Shown: positions 1 through 9,680 of the stretch, in pieces
Numbering within the stretch: the first letter of the stretch is position 1
Layout: each line of letters begins with the position of its first letter
Assembly: GCA_963749705.1 (NCBI GenBank)
Contig: CAVVNQ010000015.1
Coordinates: 352,001 to 416,000 of the forward strand
DNA: 64,000 nt
Direction of reading: 5' to 3'
Source of the DNA: an uncultured Chloroflexia bacterium
GTDB lineage: Bacteria > Chloroflexota > Limnocylindria > Limnocylindrales > CSP1-4
Translations under genes and position numbers: made by a program
Notes under the pieces: model-generated
What the model was told of the DNA's origin: nothing
What the model saw: only the letters and a program-made list of their open reading frames with translations
Database searches by the model: none

Positions 1-2
1 GC

Positions 3-179
3 CCGGGGTTCACGGATGCCGCGCCGCCGGACGCCGCCCGCGAGCTGTGGCGCCGCCTTGCCGCGGCGATCGAGGGTCAGGGTGTCCGGGTCGCGCTGGG
101 CGAGTTCGGCGCGAGCATGGCCGTGGAGCTGGTGAACGACGGGCCGTTCACGATCTGGCTCGACACCGCCGACCGCTAG
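3..179 (+). CDS. dtd: D-aminoacyl-tRNA deacylase, 3' fragment (truncated by window start)
   Basis: Manual translation PGFTDAAPP...GEFGASMAVELVNDGPFTIWLD* matches the Dtd C-terminal motifs (FGAxMxVxLVNDGP); TAG at 177-179. Confidence 0.9.
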   Translation, partial: PGFTDAAPPDAARELWRRLAAAIEGQGVRVALGEFGASMAVELVNDGPFTIWLDTADR

Positions 180-528
180 GCCGATCGCGCGTCCGTCACG
201 CCGCCCTGCGCCGGCATCGGGCAGTCGCCGTTCGGCGGCTGATTGCCACGTACCGATGTGGTGCGTCGTATCGCATGCCGGGTCCATGCCAGTCGGCCAC
301 TGAACGATGGGGCGCGTCCAGACTCTCGTGGCACGGCTGGAGCATGGCCATGGAACGCCCAGGTGCGTCTTTGGCCAACTCGACTTGGTCAAGCACGCAC
401 GACACCGTTAGGTGGCCAGGTCACCTGGCCCCGAACCCCCTCAACGAGCACGACCGGCAGATCAGGCGGTCGTGCTCGGTCGCCCTCGTCGGCGGAGTGC
501 GTCATTTGCACGCACACCATCGTTGGGT

Positions 529-575
529 GGCCAGGTTGAGGCGGGCCAGGTTGAGGCGGGCCAGGTTGAGGCGGG
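529..575. repeat. 15-bp tandem repeat GGCCAGGTTGAGGCG x3
   Basis: Three perfect copies at 529, 544 and 559, read directly. Confidence 0.95.
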
Positions 576-718
576 ACGGTGGCGAAGGCGACGGCCGACC
601 GCTGGCCGATCGCGCGCCGGGACATGAACAAGCCGGTCGCTGCATCGCGACCGGCTCACGGTTCTGTCGAGCGGCCCTGCCGCCCCGGGCAAGCCCGGCG
701 ACGGGGCGCCTGGCTGGG

Positions 719-916
719 CTAGCGGGCGGCCTTCGTCATGGTCCGGCGGCAGCGGGTGCACGCCCGGACCTTGGTCGGCGTTCCGTTCTTGACCACCAGG
801 GTGGCCTGGAGATTTGGCTGGTTGCGGGTGTGGGCGCGAACGCGGTTCATCCCCGACGACTGCGGGTTGAAGCCGCCCATCGACACCTTGCCGCAGATGG
901 CGCAGCTGCGAGCCAT
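719..916 (-). CDS. rpmB: 50S ribosomal protein L28 (zinc-binding form)
   Basis: 65 aa MARSCAICGK...PNLQ...CTRCRR with two CxxC pairs; divergent from asp23-DAK2-recG as is typical. Confidence 0.9.
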   Translation of the reverse strand: MARSCAICGKVSMGGFNPQSSGMNRVRAHTRNQPNLQATLVVKNGTPTKVRACTRCRRTMTKAAR

Positions 917-987
917 GGTCTGGTTGGAACCTCGGAAATGGCGGAGGACAGGCACGTGCACGGTGGGTCCGGCGCGAGCGGGGTGGT

Positions 988-996
988 ATCGTAGCA
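988..996 (-). promoter_or_regulatory. Extended -10 promoter element for rpmB
   Basis: Minus strand reads TGcTACGAT about 70 nt upstream of the rpmB start. Confidence 0.55.
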
Positions 997-1076
997 CACG
1001 GCTTCCGGCCCACCGCCGGGGCGCCGCCGCGGCCCGCCCGGGCCGGACCCGCGCCCGCGAGGAGGACGTCGCCCGC

Positions 1077-1502
1077 GTGACCGCCGATCCGATCCCCGGT
1101 CGCTCGCTCGTCACCCGGCGTGCGGTGCGCGACCTCGTCCGCGATGCCACGCTGTCGGTGTACGGCGTGTCCGGGTTCGCCGGTGGCGGCATCGTCGGCC
1201 GCCTGCTGGAGCGGCTCGGCGTCGCACACCCCGGCCTCCACCTCGATGTCGATCACGGCGTGACCGTCGACCTCAACCTCGCGGTGGCATTCGGGCTGCC
1301 GATCGCTGAGGTCGCGCGCCAGGTCGATTCGTCGGTGCGGTACGCGCTCGGCCACGCGCTCGGCATCGAGCCCGCCCGCGTCACCATCCGGATCGGGCGG
1401 CTGCGCCATGAGCACGGGATCGCACCCGACGGCCGCGACGACCCGCCGAACGGGGATCCACGCGCGACGGACCTTGCGAACAGCGGGTCGGACGTCGCCT
1501 GA
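1077..1502 (+). CDS. Asp23/Gls24 family protein (YloU-like)
   Basis: GTG start after GGAGG; YGV and GLPIAEVARQV segments; lies directly upstream of the DAK2 gene. Confidence 0.75.
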   Translation: MTADPIPGRSLVTRRAVRDLVRDATLSVYGVSGFAGGGIVGRLLERLGVAHPGLHLDVDHGVTVDLNLAVAFGLPIAEVARQVDSSVRYALGHALGIEPARVTIRIGRLRHEHGIAPDGRDDPPNGDPRATDLANSGSDVA

Positions 1503-3259
1503 TGCCCCGCCGATCCTGCGACGGAGCCGGCTTCCTGGCCGCGTTCCGGAGCGCCGTCGCGAGCCTCGAGGCCAACGTCGACGAGATCAACTCGCTCAAC
1601 GTGTTCCCGGTTCCGGACGGCGACACGGGAACGAACATGCTGGCCACCGTCCGCGCCGCGCTCGACGAGGCGGACAAGGTCGGACCCGGTGCGGACGCGG
1701 AGCGCGTCGCCCAGGCGGCCAGCTTCGGCGCCCTGATGGGTGCCCGCGGCAACTCGGGGGTGATCAGCAGCCAGATCCTGGCCGGGATGGCCCACGGTCT
1801 CGCGGGCAAGCGGCGGTTCAACGGCCTCGACCTCGCGCACGCCCTCGACATCGGGACCAAGACCGCGTACCGGGCCGTCGCCAAGCCCGTCGAGGGCACG
1901 ATCCTCACCGTGATCCGGGAGGCGTCCGCCGCCGCCGTCGCCGCGGCAGAACGCGACAACAACGTGGAGACCGTGCTCGCCGCCACGGTCGAGGCCGCGG
2001 AGCGCGCCGTGGCGAAGACGCCCTCGCTGCTGCCCATCCTGCGCGAGGCCCACGTGGTCGATTCCGGCGGGCAGGGCCTGTTCCGCCTGTTCCAGGGCGC
2101 ACTGGAGGCGGCACGTGGCAGGCCGCTCGGTGGCGAACGGGACCTGGCGGCTCGCCCGCGGCCCGCGACACCGGCCGAGGTTGCGGCCGCGGAGGGGGCG
2201 TTCGGCTATGAGACCGTGTACCTGCTCCAGGCGCGCGCCGGCCAGCCGCTCGACGTCGCTGCGATCCAGGCGCACCTGGAGTCGATCGGCGACTCCGTGC
2301 TGGTCGCGGGGGACGCACACCTGGTCAAGGTCCACGTCCACAACGATCGCCCCGACGCGGTCGTCGCATACGGGTTGACGGCGGGGATGCTGTCCCGGAT
2401 CACGATCGAGAACCTCGACAGCCAGGCGCACGACGTGCGCGAGGCCAGGGCGGCGGCGTTCGTCGCCGAGGCCGGCGCCGCCGAGGCCGGCGCCGTCGGG
2501 ACCGGCGAGGGGCGCGAGATCTCGGTCGCGGTCGCGGACTCGCTGGAGGCGCCCGATACCGACCGCCATGCCGCCACGGCGCTGCCACTGGGCGTGGTCG
2601 CGGTGGCGCCGTCGGACGGACTCGGGGCCGTGCTCACCGACATGGCGGCCCCGTTCCGCGAGTACGGGGCGTTCCGGATCGTGCGCGGCGGCCAGTCGGC
2701 AAACCCGTCGACCGGCGAGCTGCTCGAGGCGGTCGAGGCGACCCAGGCGGACGAGCTGCTGATCCTGCCCAACAACCCCAACGTGGTCCTCGCCGCCCGG
2801 CAGGTCGCGGCCATGACCCGGCGGCCGGTGCACGTGGTGCCCACGCGAAATGCCGCCGAGGGGATCGCAGCGCTGATGGAGCTCGACCCGCAGCGATCGG
2901 CCGAGGACAACGCGGCCTCGATGGGTGCGGCGAGCCGACAGATCCAGACGATGCAGGTGACCGAGGCGGTCCGGGACGCGACCGTCTCGGGCCGCAAGGT
3001 CCGCAAAGGGCACGTGATCGTGCTCGACCCGGACGACGGGCTGCTCGCCACCGACACCGACAGCCAGCGGGCGGTGCTGGCCGGCCTCGCCCGGTTCGAG
3101 CCCGGGTTCGGGCTGCTGACGATCTACTACGGCGAGGACGCGACGCTGGACGAGACGGAGACGCTGGCCCTCAAGGTGCGGGAGGTCGCGTCCGGCGTCG
3201 ATGTGGAGGTCGTCCACGGAGGCCAGCCGCACTACCGGTACCTGATCTCGGCCGAGTGA
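1502..3259 (+). CDS. DAK2-domain protein / fatty acid kinase subunit A-like (YloV)
   Basis: INSLNVFPVPDGDTGTNM, GARGNSGVI, KPVEGTILTV, VVDSGGQG and C-terminal GGQPHYRYLISAE. Confidence 0.93.
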   Translation: MPRRSCDGAGFLAAFRSAVASLEANVDEINSLNVFPVPDGDTGTNMLATVRAALDEADKVGPGADAERVAQAASFGALMGARGNSGVISSQILAGMAHGLAGKRRFNGLDLAHALDIGTKTAYRAVAKPVEGTILTVIREASAAAVAAAERDNNVETVLAATVEAAERAVAKTPSLLPILREAHVVDSGGQGLFRLFQGALEAARGRPLGGERDLAARPRPATPAEVAAAEGAFGYETVYLLQARAGQPLDVAAIQAHLESIGDSVLVAGDAHLVKVHVHNDRPDAVVAYGLTAGMLSRITIENLDSQAHDVREARAAAFVAEAGAAEAGAVGTGEGREISVAVADSLEAPDTDRHAATALPLGVVAVAPSDGLGAVLTDMAAPFREYGAFRIVRGGQSANPSTGELLEAVEATQADELLILPNNPNVVLAARQVAAMTRRPVHVVPTRNAAEGIAALMELDPQRSAEDNAASMGAASRQIQTMQVTEAVRDATVSGRKVRKGHVIVLDPDDGLLATDTDSQRAVLAGLARFEPGFGLLTIYYGEDATLDETETLALKVREVASGVDVEVVHGGQPHYRYLISAE

Positions 3260-5571
3260 GCGACGTCAGGCGCGGACGGCCCCGGGCAGCGAGCGGCGCG
3301 CGGTCCCTGCGATCGAAGCCCCTGGCAGCCGTCCCCGTCGACCCGGTGGCCCTGCTGGACCAGCCGCTGGGGATGTCGGGCCTGTCGGCGGCAGGCACGC
3401 TCCGTCGGGCGGGGCGGCGACTCGGGCTGGGAACGGTCCGCGACCTGCTGTTCCACCTGCCGCGTCGCTACGACGACCTGCGCGAGCTCCAGCGGCTGGG
3501 CGACCTCCACGCCGTCCCGGACGGCACCGTGGTCTCCGCGCGGGTCCGGGTCACGGACATCCGCGTGCAGCAGACGTGGCGACGCCGGGTCCAGGTGACC
3601 ACGGCGTTCCTGGCGGACGAAACCGGGACCGCCGAGGCAACCTGGTTCGGCCGGAGGTTCATCGAGCGCAGGGTCCGAGCCGGCGACGAGCTCCTCGTCT
3701 CGGGCCGGCTCAAGCGGCGGGGCTTCTCGGTCGTGTTCGACGCGCCGGAGTTCCAGCGCTCCGACGCGGAATCGCTGCTCCACGTGGGCCGCATCGTCCC
3801 GGTCTACCGGCTCACCGCGGGGCTGACGGCCGCGCGACTCCGCCAGGCCGTCCGCGAGGCGCTCGACCGCGCCGGCCACGCCTACCCCGAGTACCTGCCG
3901 CCATCGATCCGCGGTGTCGAGACGATCCCGGCCATCGCCGACGCAGTCGAGGCCGCCCACTACCCGACCACCTTCGAGGCCCGTGACGCGGCGCTCCGCC
4001 GCCTCGCGTTCGACGAGCTGCTCGCGCTCCAGCTGGGCATGGTCGCGCGTCGGCGGGCCCGGGGTCGTTCGCACACGCTGCCGCTGCCGGTCGATCCCGC
4101 GACGGACGGGCGGGTCCGCGCTGCCCTGACCGCGTCGCTGTCGCGCAAGCTGGGTCGCGACGTCGAGCTGACACCCGACCAGTCCGTGGCGCTCGACGAG
4201 CTCCGTGCCGACCTGGCCCGGCCGGTGCCCATGCTGCGCCTGATCCAGGGCGATGTCGGCTCGGGCAAGACGGCCGTCGCGGCGTGGGGCCTGGCCGCCG
4301 CCGCGCTTGCCGGACGCCAGGCGGCCCTGCTCGCGCCGACCGACCTCCTCGCCCGCCAGCACCACGCGACGCTCGCCGACCTGCTCGAGGACCTCGCGCT
4401 CCCCGTGACGCTGCTCACGGGATCGCTCAGCGGGGAGGGACGCCGCAACGCGCTCGAGGCGATCGCATCCGGACAGGCGGGGATCGTGGTCGGTACGCAT
4501 GCGCTGCTCCAGGACAAGCTGTCGTTCGCCGACCTCGCGCTCGCGGTGGTCGACGAGCAGCACCGGTTCGGCGTGGAGCAGCGCGGGGCGCTCGAGTCGA
4601 AGGCCAGCCGGGGCGCCCCGCACGTCCTGCTGATGACCGCCACGCCCATCCCCCGCACGCTGGGCCAGGTGATCTACGCGGACCTCGACGTGTCGACGCT
4701 GCGGGGAGCGCCCGAGGGCCGGCTGCCGGTACGCACCGGCATCCGCCGGCCGGACGAGCTCGAGGGCACCTGGCAGCGGGTGCGGGACGAGGCGGCCGCC
4801 GGGCACCGCACGTTCGTCGTCGTCCCGCGGATCGGGCCAGCCGGGGCATCGGCCGCCGGCGCATCGGCCGCCGCAGCACCCACCGACACGGGCGAGGACT
4901 GGGGCTTTGCCGGTGATGACGAGCTGCCGGACGAGGACGTCGAGACGGCCTGGGCGGCGGCAGCGGAGGAGGAGTTCGAGCGGTTGACGCGGCTGCTCGC
5001 GCCGCTCCGGGTCGGCCTGGTCCATGGCCGGCTCAAGGCGATCGAGCGCGACGAGCAGATGGCCCGCTTCCGCGACGGCCAGCTCGACGTGCTCGTCGGG
5101 ACCACCGTGGTGGAGGTCGGCGTGGACGTACCGGAGGCGACCCTGATGGTCGTCGAAGGCGCCGAACGCTTCGGGCTGGCGCAGCTCCACCAGCTCCGGG
5201 GCCGGGTGGGGCGGGGGAGCGGCGCCTCGTTCTGCGTGCTCGTGTCCGAGGCCGTGGAGGGAACGACCGAGCACGAGCGGCTCAAGGCGGTCGCCGCGAC
5301 GACCGACGGCTTCGCGCTCGCCGAGCGCGACTTCGAGCTTCGGCGCGAGGGGAACGTGCTCGGCCTCGCCCAGAGCGGCCTGCCGCGGCTGCGCGTCGCG
5401 ACGCTCGCCGACCCCGAGCATCGCGAGCTCGCCGCCCGGGCACGCGTCCACGCCGAAGCGCTGGTGACCGACGACGGCGATCTGCCCGCCGATCCCCCCG
5501 CGCTCGCGCACGAGCTCGCGGTCGGGTGGCTCCGCCGCGTGTTCGCCGGTGAGCCGGCCGGGCCGGCATAG
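3256..5571 (+). CDS. recG: ATP-dependent DNA helicase RecG
   Basis: QGDVGSGKT, DEQHRFG, MTATPIPRT, RFGLAQLHQLRGRVGRG. Confidence 0.97.
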   Translation: MSDVRRGRPRAASGARSLRSKPLAAVPVDPVALLDQPLGMSGLSAAGTLRRAGRRLGLGTVRDLLFHLPRRYDDLRELQRLGDLHAVPDGTVVSARVRVTDIRVQQTWRRRVQVTTAFLADETGTAEATWFGRRFIERRVRAGDELLVSGRLKRRGFSVVFDAPEFQRSDAESLLHVGRIVPVYRLTAGLTAARLRQAVREALDRAGHAYPEYLPPSIRGVETIPAIADAVEAAHYPTTFEARDAALRRLAFDELLALQLGMVARRRARGRSHTLPLPVDPATDGRVRAALTASLSRKLGRDVELTPDQSVALDELRADLARPVPMLRLIQGDVGSGKTAVAAWGLAAAALAGRQAALLAPTDLLARQHHATLADLLEDLALPVTLLTGSLSGEGRRNALEAIASGQAGIVVGTHALLQDKLSFADLALAVVDEQHRFGVEQRGALESKASRGAPHVLLMTATPIPRTLGQVIYADLDVSTLRGAPEGRLPVRTGIRRPDELEGTWQRVRDEAAAGHRTFVVVPRIGPAGASAAGASAAAAPTDTGEDWGFAGDDELPDEDVETAWAAAAEEEFERLTRLLAPLRVGLVHGRLKAIERDEQMARFRDGQLDVLVGTTVVEVGVDVPEATLMVVEGAERFGLAQLHQLRGRVGRGSGASFCVLVSEAVEGTTEHERLKAVAATTDGFALAERDFELRREGNVLGLAQSGLPRLRVATLADPEHRELAARARVHAEALVTDDGDLPADPPALAHELAVGWLRRVFAGEPAGPA

Positions 5572-5583
5572 GGAGGGGACATC

Positions 5584-6189
5584 GTGGCGGACGCGGGCCG
5601 GGTCATCTCCGGAACGGCGGGCGGGGTGCGACTTGCCGCGCCCGGTGCCGGCACGCGTCCGCTGACCGACCGCGTCAAGCAGACGCTGTTCGCGATCCTC
5701 GATGCCGACCTCGACGGCGCCGTGGTGCTGGACCTGTTCGCCGGCAGCGGCGCCGGAGGCATCGAGGCGCTGTCGCGCGGCGCGGCGAGCGCCACCTTCG
5801 TCGAGCACGACGCGGGGGCCGCGAAGGCCATCGCCGACAACCTCCGCCGGACGCGCCTGACCGATCGGGGGCGCGTCGTGCGGCGGGACGCGCTGGCCTG
5901 GCTCGCCGACCCTTCCGGCGCGGCCGCCGGTGCCCCGTTCGACCTCGTCCTGGTCGATCCGCCCTACGCGGACACGGGGTCGCTGCTCCGGGCGCTCGAG
6001 CTCGTCGGCGAGCACGTCCGGCCCGGCGGGCGGATCGTCGCCAAGCACTTCTGGCGCGACCCGCCGCCGGCCCGCGTCGGGCTGCTAGCATCCGAGCGGG
6101 AGCGGCGCTTCGGCGAGACCGCCCTCACGTTCTACCGGCGGCTCGGCCATCCGGACGAGCGCAGCGCGCAGGAGGCAACCGAGGGGTGA
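5584..6189 (+). CDS. rsmD: 16S rRNA m2G966 methyltransferase RsmD
   Basis: TRPLTDRVK, LDLFAGSG, EALSRGA, DPPY; recG-rsmD-coaD synteny. Confidence 0.92.
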   Translation: MADAGRVISGTAGGVRLAAPGAGTRPLTDRVKQTLFAILDADLDGAVVLDLFAGSGAGGIEALSRGAASATFVEHDAGAAKAIADNLRRTRLTDRGRVVRRDALAWLADPSGAAAGAPFDLVLVDPPYADTGSLLRALELVGEHVRPGGRIVAKHFWRDPPPARVGLLASERERRFGETALTFYRRLGHPDERSAQEATEG

Positions 6190-6680
6190 ACGTCGCGGTC
6201 TACCCGGGGTCGTTCGACCCGATCACCAACGGCCACCTGGATGTCATGCGACGGGCCGCGCGCGTGTTCGACCGGGTCGTCGTCGCCGTCCTCGGCAACC
6301 CCCGGAAGACGCCGCTGCTGCCGACCGAGGTTCGCGTCGAGGTCATCCGCCAGGCGATCGCGGTCGATCCCGAGCTCGGGCAGCGCGTCGAGGTTCGGAC
6401 CTTCGACGGCCTGACGGTCGAGTTCTGTCGCGAGGTCGGCGCAGGACACCTCGTGCGCGGGCTGCGCGCGATCGCGGACTTCGAGAGCGAGCTCCAGCTG
6501 GCCCACAACAACCACCTCCTGGCCCCCGAGGTCGACACCGTGTTCTTCATGACCTCGCTCGAGCACTCGTACATCAGCTCGAGCCTGGTGAAGGAGATCG
6601 CGCTGTTCGGGGGCGACGTGTCGGCGATGGTCCCGGCCGCCGCGGTCGCCTCGATGCGGGCCGCGCTGCCCGGACGCTGA
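6186..6680 (+). CDS. coaD: Pantetheine-phosphate adenylyltransferase
   Basis: YPGSFDPITNGH, RGLR, ISSSLVKE. Confidence 0.97.
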   Translation: MNVAVYPGSFDPITNGHLDVMRRAARVFDRVVVAVLGNPRKTPLLPTEVRVEVIRQAIAVDPELGQRVEVRTFDGLTVEFCREVGAGHLVRGLRAIADFESELQLAHNNHLLAPEVDTVFFMTSLEHSYISSSLVKEIALFGGDVSAMVPAAAVASMRAALPGR

Positions 6681-6698
6681 GGGGCCGGCCGCGCCGCG

Positions 6699-6707
6699 TG
6701 CCATAAT
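6699..6707 (+). promoter_or_regulatory. Extended -10-like element
   Basis: TGcCATAAT in the gap after coaD, about 50 nt before the next start. Confidence 0.5.
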
Positions 6708-6754
6708 CCCCACGAGCGCCCCGCCGGGGCGCCGAGCGCAGGGGAGGCCGTCCG

Positions 6755-7312
6755 CTGGACATCATCTTCCTCGTCGAGCGTCTCGAGTCGCTGATCGCCA
6801 ACGGCAAGCCGCTGCCGCTCACCAAGAGCGCGATCATCGACCGCGACGCAGCCCTCAACCTGATCGACGAGCTGCGGGTCGCCGTGCCCGAGGAAGTTCG
6901 CGCCGCCAAGCGGATCAACCAGGAGGGTGAGCGGATCATCGAGAAGGCCCAGGAGGAGGCCGAGCGGATCGTCGCTCGCGCGCAGGAGCAGGCCGCCTTC
7001 CTGATCGGCGAACGTGGTCTGACCGAGGCTGCGGATGCGGAGAGCCGGCGGATCATCGACCGGGCCGCCGAGGAGGCCGACGGCGTCCGCCGGGGCGCGG
7101 ACGAGTACGCCGCCGGCGTGCTGGGCGGTCTCGAAGCCGACGTCACCCGGACCCTGCGCAGCATCGAGCGCGGGATCGCCATGCTCGACGACCGGCGAGC
7201 CGCGTACGAGCCGGCGCCGGCCGACGACGAGGATGCCGCGTACGGCGGCACCGCGGACGATCCGGATACCGAGGACGAGGAAGAGGGAGCCTCGCCCATC
7301 GGGCGTCGATGA
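6755..7312 (+). CDS. Conserved coiled-coil protein found between coaD and yceD (DivIVA/ATPase-b-like); probable CTG start
   Basis: Frame is open upstream of the track ORF (6884) to CTG-GAC-ATC-ATC (xDIIFLVERLESLI...), 7 nt after GGGGAGG. Confidence 0.8.
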   Translation: MDIIFLVERLESLIANGKPLPLTKSAIIDRDAALNLIDELRVAVPEEVRAAKRINQEGERIIEKAQEEAERIVARAQEQAAFLIGERGLTEAADAESRRIIDRAAEEADGVRRGADEYAAGVLGGLEADVTRTLRSIERGIAMLDDRRAAYEPAPADDEDAAYGGTADDPDTEDEEEGASPIGRR

Positions 7313-7905
7313 CCGCGGGCGGGGCCCGGCACCCATACCCGGTCGACGTTCACGGTGATCCCCTGACGTTCGCCCTGTCCGGGTTCATGGCGGAGGCCCC
7401 CGGGGCCGTCCGCGACTACGACCTGGACGGCGTCGACGTCGACCCGGGCGAGGGGCTCGAGCTCAGCCGACCGGTGTCCGGCCACGTCCGGCTGATGCGG
7501 ACGAACCGCGGCCTGGTCGTCGATGCCCGCCTGGCGACCGAGCTGGTCGGGGAGTGCGCTCGCTGCCTCCGCCCGCTGACGACGCGGGTGAACGTCCGGA
7601 TCGACGAGGAGGTCCTGCCGACCATCGACCTCGCGTCCGGCCAACCGGTTCCGCTCGAGGAGGGCGCAGACCCCGAGGCGCCACGGCTGACCGACCACCA
7701 CGAGCTGGAGCTGCGGCCGCTGGTCATGGAGGCGATCAGCCTGGCGGAGCCGATCGCGCCGCTGTGCGAGCCTGACTGCCCCGGACTGTGCCTCGAGTGC
7801 GGGCAGCGCATGGAGCCGGGCCACGGACACGACAGCGATGACATCGATCCCCGGCTCGAGGCGCTGCGGGCGTTCCGGGTCGACGGGGACGCCGATACCG
7901 AGTAG
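7309..7905 (+). CDS. DUF177 / YceD family metal-binding protein
   Basis: ECARCL, LCEPDCPGLCLECG and IDPRLEAL; directly upstream of rpmF. Confidence 0.92.
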   Translation: MTAGGARHPYPVDVHGDPLTFALSGFMAEAPGAVRDYDLDGVDVDPGEGLELSRPVSGHVRLMRTNRGLVVDARLATELVGECARCLRPLTTRVNVRIDEEVLPTIDLASGQPVPLEEGADPEAPRLTDHHELELRPLVMEAISLAEPIAPLCEPDCPGLCLECGQRMEPGHGHDSDDIDPRLEALRAFRVDGDADTE

Positions 7906-8032
7906 ACTCCCCGCTCGGCCCCCTGTCCCGTGCCGGCGCGTTCGCGCGCCCGCCCGCCGGGAGCCCGAACCGATGCCGACAGCGACGCGGGCAACACCCG
8001 CGTGACATCCCCGAGAGGAGCCACAGACCACC

Positions 8033-8245
8033 ATGGGTGTGCCGAAGCGGAAGGTCGCTCACGCCCGGCAGGGAGAGCGACGGAGCCACCTCGCGATCAC
8101 CCTGCCGACGCTCATCGAGTGCCCGCACTGCCACGAGCCGAAGCTGCCGCACCGGGTCTGCCCGGCGTGCGGGTTCTACAAGGGCCGCCAGGCCGTCGAG
8201 CTCAAGCCGGCCGGTGGGACGTCCGCGGGCGAGGAGTCCGCGTAA
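8033..8245 (+). CDS. rpmF: 50S ribosomal protein L32
   Basis: MGVPKRK...CPHC...HRVCPACGFYKGR. Confidence 0.97.
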   Translation: MGVPKRKVAHARQGERRSHLAITLPTLIECPHCHEPKLPHRVCPACGFYKGRQAVELKPAGGTSAGEESA

Positions 8246-8253
8246 CGCGGGTC

Positions 8254-9372
8254 GTGAGCCCGATCGAGGTGCCGGCAGCCCCGACCCCGGAGCCTGCCGG
8301 TCCCACAGCGAAGCCGGAGGATCGGCCCGGCGTCCGCGTCGCCGTCGACGCGATGGGCGGGGACCATGGCCCTGCCGAGATCGTTCCCGGATCCCTCGCC
8401 TACGCGCGCGCGCACCCGGACGACGTGGTGGTCCTGGTCGGCGACGAGCCGATCGTGCGCGAGATCGGCGGCGCGCTCCCGCCCAACGTCCGGATCGTCC
8501 ATGCGCCCGAGCTCATCGGCATGGACGAGCATCCGGCCCGCGCCCTCGTCCGCAAGCGCAACAGCTCGATCGTGGTCGCCACCCAGCTGGTCAAGTCCGG
8601 CGAGGCGGATGCCGTCGTCACGGCCGGCCACACCGGGGCGGGCATGGCCGCGGGCAAGCTCATCCTGGGCACGCTGCCGGGAATCGACCGCCCCGCACTG
8701 GCCGTGCAGATGGTCAGCGCCGGCCGCCCGTTCGTGCTCCTGGACATCGGCGCCAATCCCGACTCGACGGCCGAGAACCTCGCCCAGTACGCGCAGATGG
8801 GTGCGATCTTCAGCGAGCGGGTCCTCGGCGTCGACCGGCCGCGCGTGGCGCTGCTCTCGATCGGCGAGGAGAAGGGCAAGGGTGATGCCCGGATCCAGCG
8901 TGCCACCGAGCTGCTGGACGCGACGGACATCAACTTCACCGGCAACGTCGAGGGCAAGGACCTGACCCGCCAGATGGCCGACGTCGTCGTCTGCGACGCC
9001 GTCCTGGGCAACGTGGTGATCAAGTTCTTCGAGGGGCTCTCGGGGTTCATCTTCGACCAGTTCCGGGCCGAGTTCCGGGGCTCGCTGCGCGGCCGGCTCG
9101 CGTACCTGCTCCTGCGCCCGGGGATCGGGCGCATCCGGCAGGTGTTCGACTACGAGGCCGTCGGCGGGTCCCCGCTGCTGGGGGTTCGCGGGACGGTGAT
9201 CATCACCCACGGTCGAGCGCGGCGGCGGATGATCGAGCATGCGGTCCGCGTCGGCGCGACCACCGCCCGGGAGCGGGTCGCCGAGCGGATCGGCGAAGCG
9301 CTGGGCGGCGACGTGCGCGACGATAGCGACATCCCGGCCGCGCCGGCCGTGATCTCGGAGACAACCTCATGA
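8254..9372 (+). CDS. plsX: Phosphate acyltransferase PlsX
   Basis: VAVDAMGGDHGP, AGHTGA, IDRPALA, LDIGAN, GNVEG; start approximate. Confidence 0.95.
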   Translation: MSPIEVPAAPTPEPAGPTAKPEDRPGVRVAVDAMGGDHGPAEIVPGSLAYARAHPDDVVVLVGDEPIVREIGGALPPNVRIVHAPELIGMDEHPARALVRKRNSSIVVATQLVKSGEADAVVTAGHTGAGMAAGKLILGTLPGIDRPALAVQMVSAGRPFVLLDIGANPDSTAENLAQYAQMGAIFSERVLGVDRPRVALLSIGEEKGKGDARIQRATELLDATDINFTGNVEGKDLTRQMADVVVCDAVLGNVVIKFFEGLSGFIFDQFRAEFRGSLRGRLAYLLLRPGIGRIRQVFDYEAVGGSPLLGVRGTVIITHGRARRRMIEHAVRVGATTARERVAERIGEALGGDVRDDSDIPAAPAVISETTS

Positions 9373-9680
9373 TTCCCGTCCTGTCCGTCGGTCCGGGTGT
9401 CATCCGGGACACCGTTCGCCTGGCCGCGCTCGAGGTTCCCGGGGTTCAGCGTGTCGGGCGCGGTGGGCCGCGCTGGCGGGACGCGCTGGGCGGCTCCCCG
9501 ATCAAGGTCCGGGTCCGCGAGGGCCGCGTGTTCGTGACCGTGCGCGTCGTTGCGCGACCGCGCCAGGCCCTCGTCCCGCTCTCCGGACAGGTTCGCAACG
9601 CCGTCGCGACCGCGGTCGTGCGCCTGCTCGGGATGGAGCTCGGCGGCGTGACCGTCCTGGTCGACGGTGTCGGGGCCTGA
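9369..9680 (+). CDS. Asp23/Gls24 family protein (YqhY-like)
   Basis: 103 aa, AALEVPGV...VTVLVDGV; upstream of nusB as is usual for this family. Confidence 0.75.
   Translation: MIPVLSVGPGVIRDTVRLAALEVPGVQRVGRGGPRWRDALGGSPIKVRVREGRVFVTVRVVARPRQALVPLSGQVRNAVATAVVRLLGMELGGVTVLVDGVGA

Noticed and set aside
393-575. Possible mini CRISPR array
   Set aside because: Only two imperfect 29-nt copies 115 nt apart plus spacerless tandems; no cas genes in the window.
47-994. 315-aa ORF spanning the dtd-rpmB gap
   Set aside because: Arg/Gly-rich, overlaps dtd out of frame and rpmB antisense, and has no motifs; the RLRRA repeat just reflects the DNA tandem.
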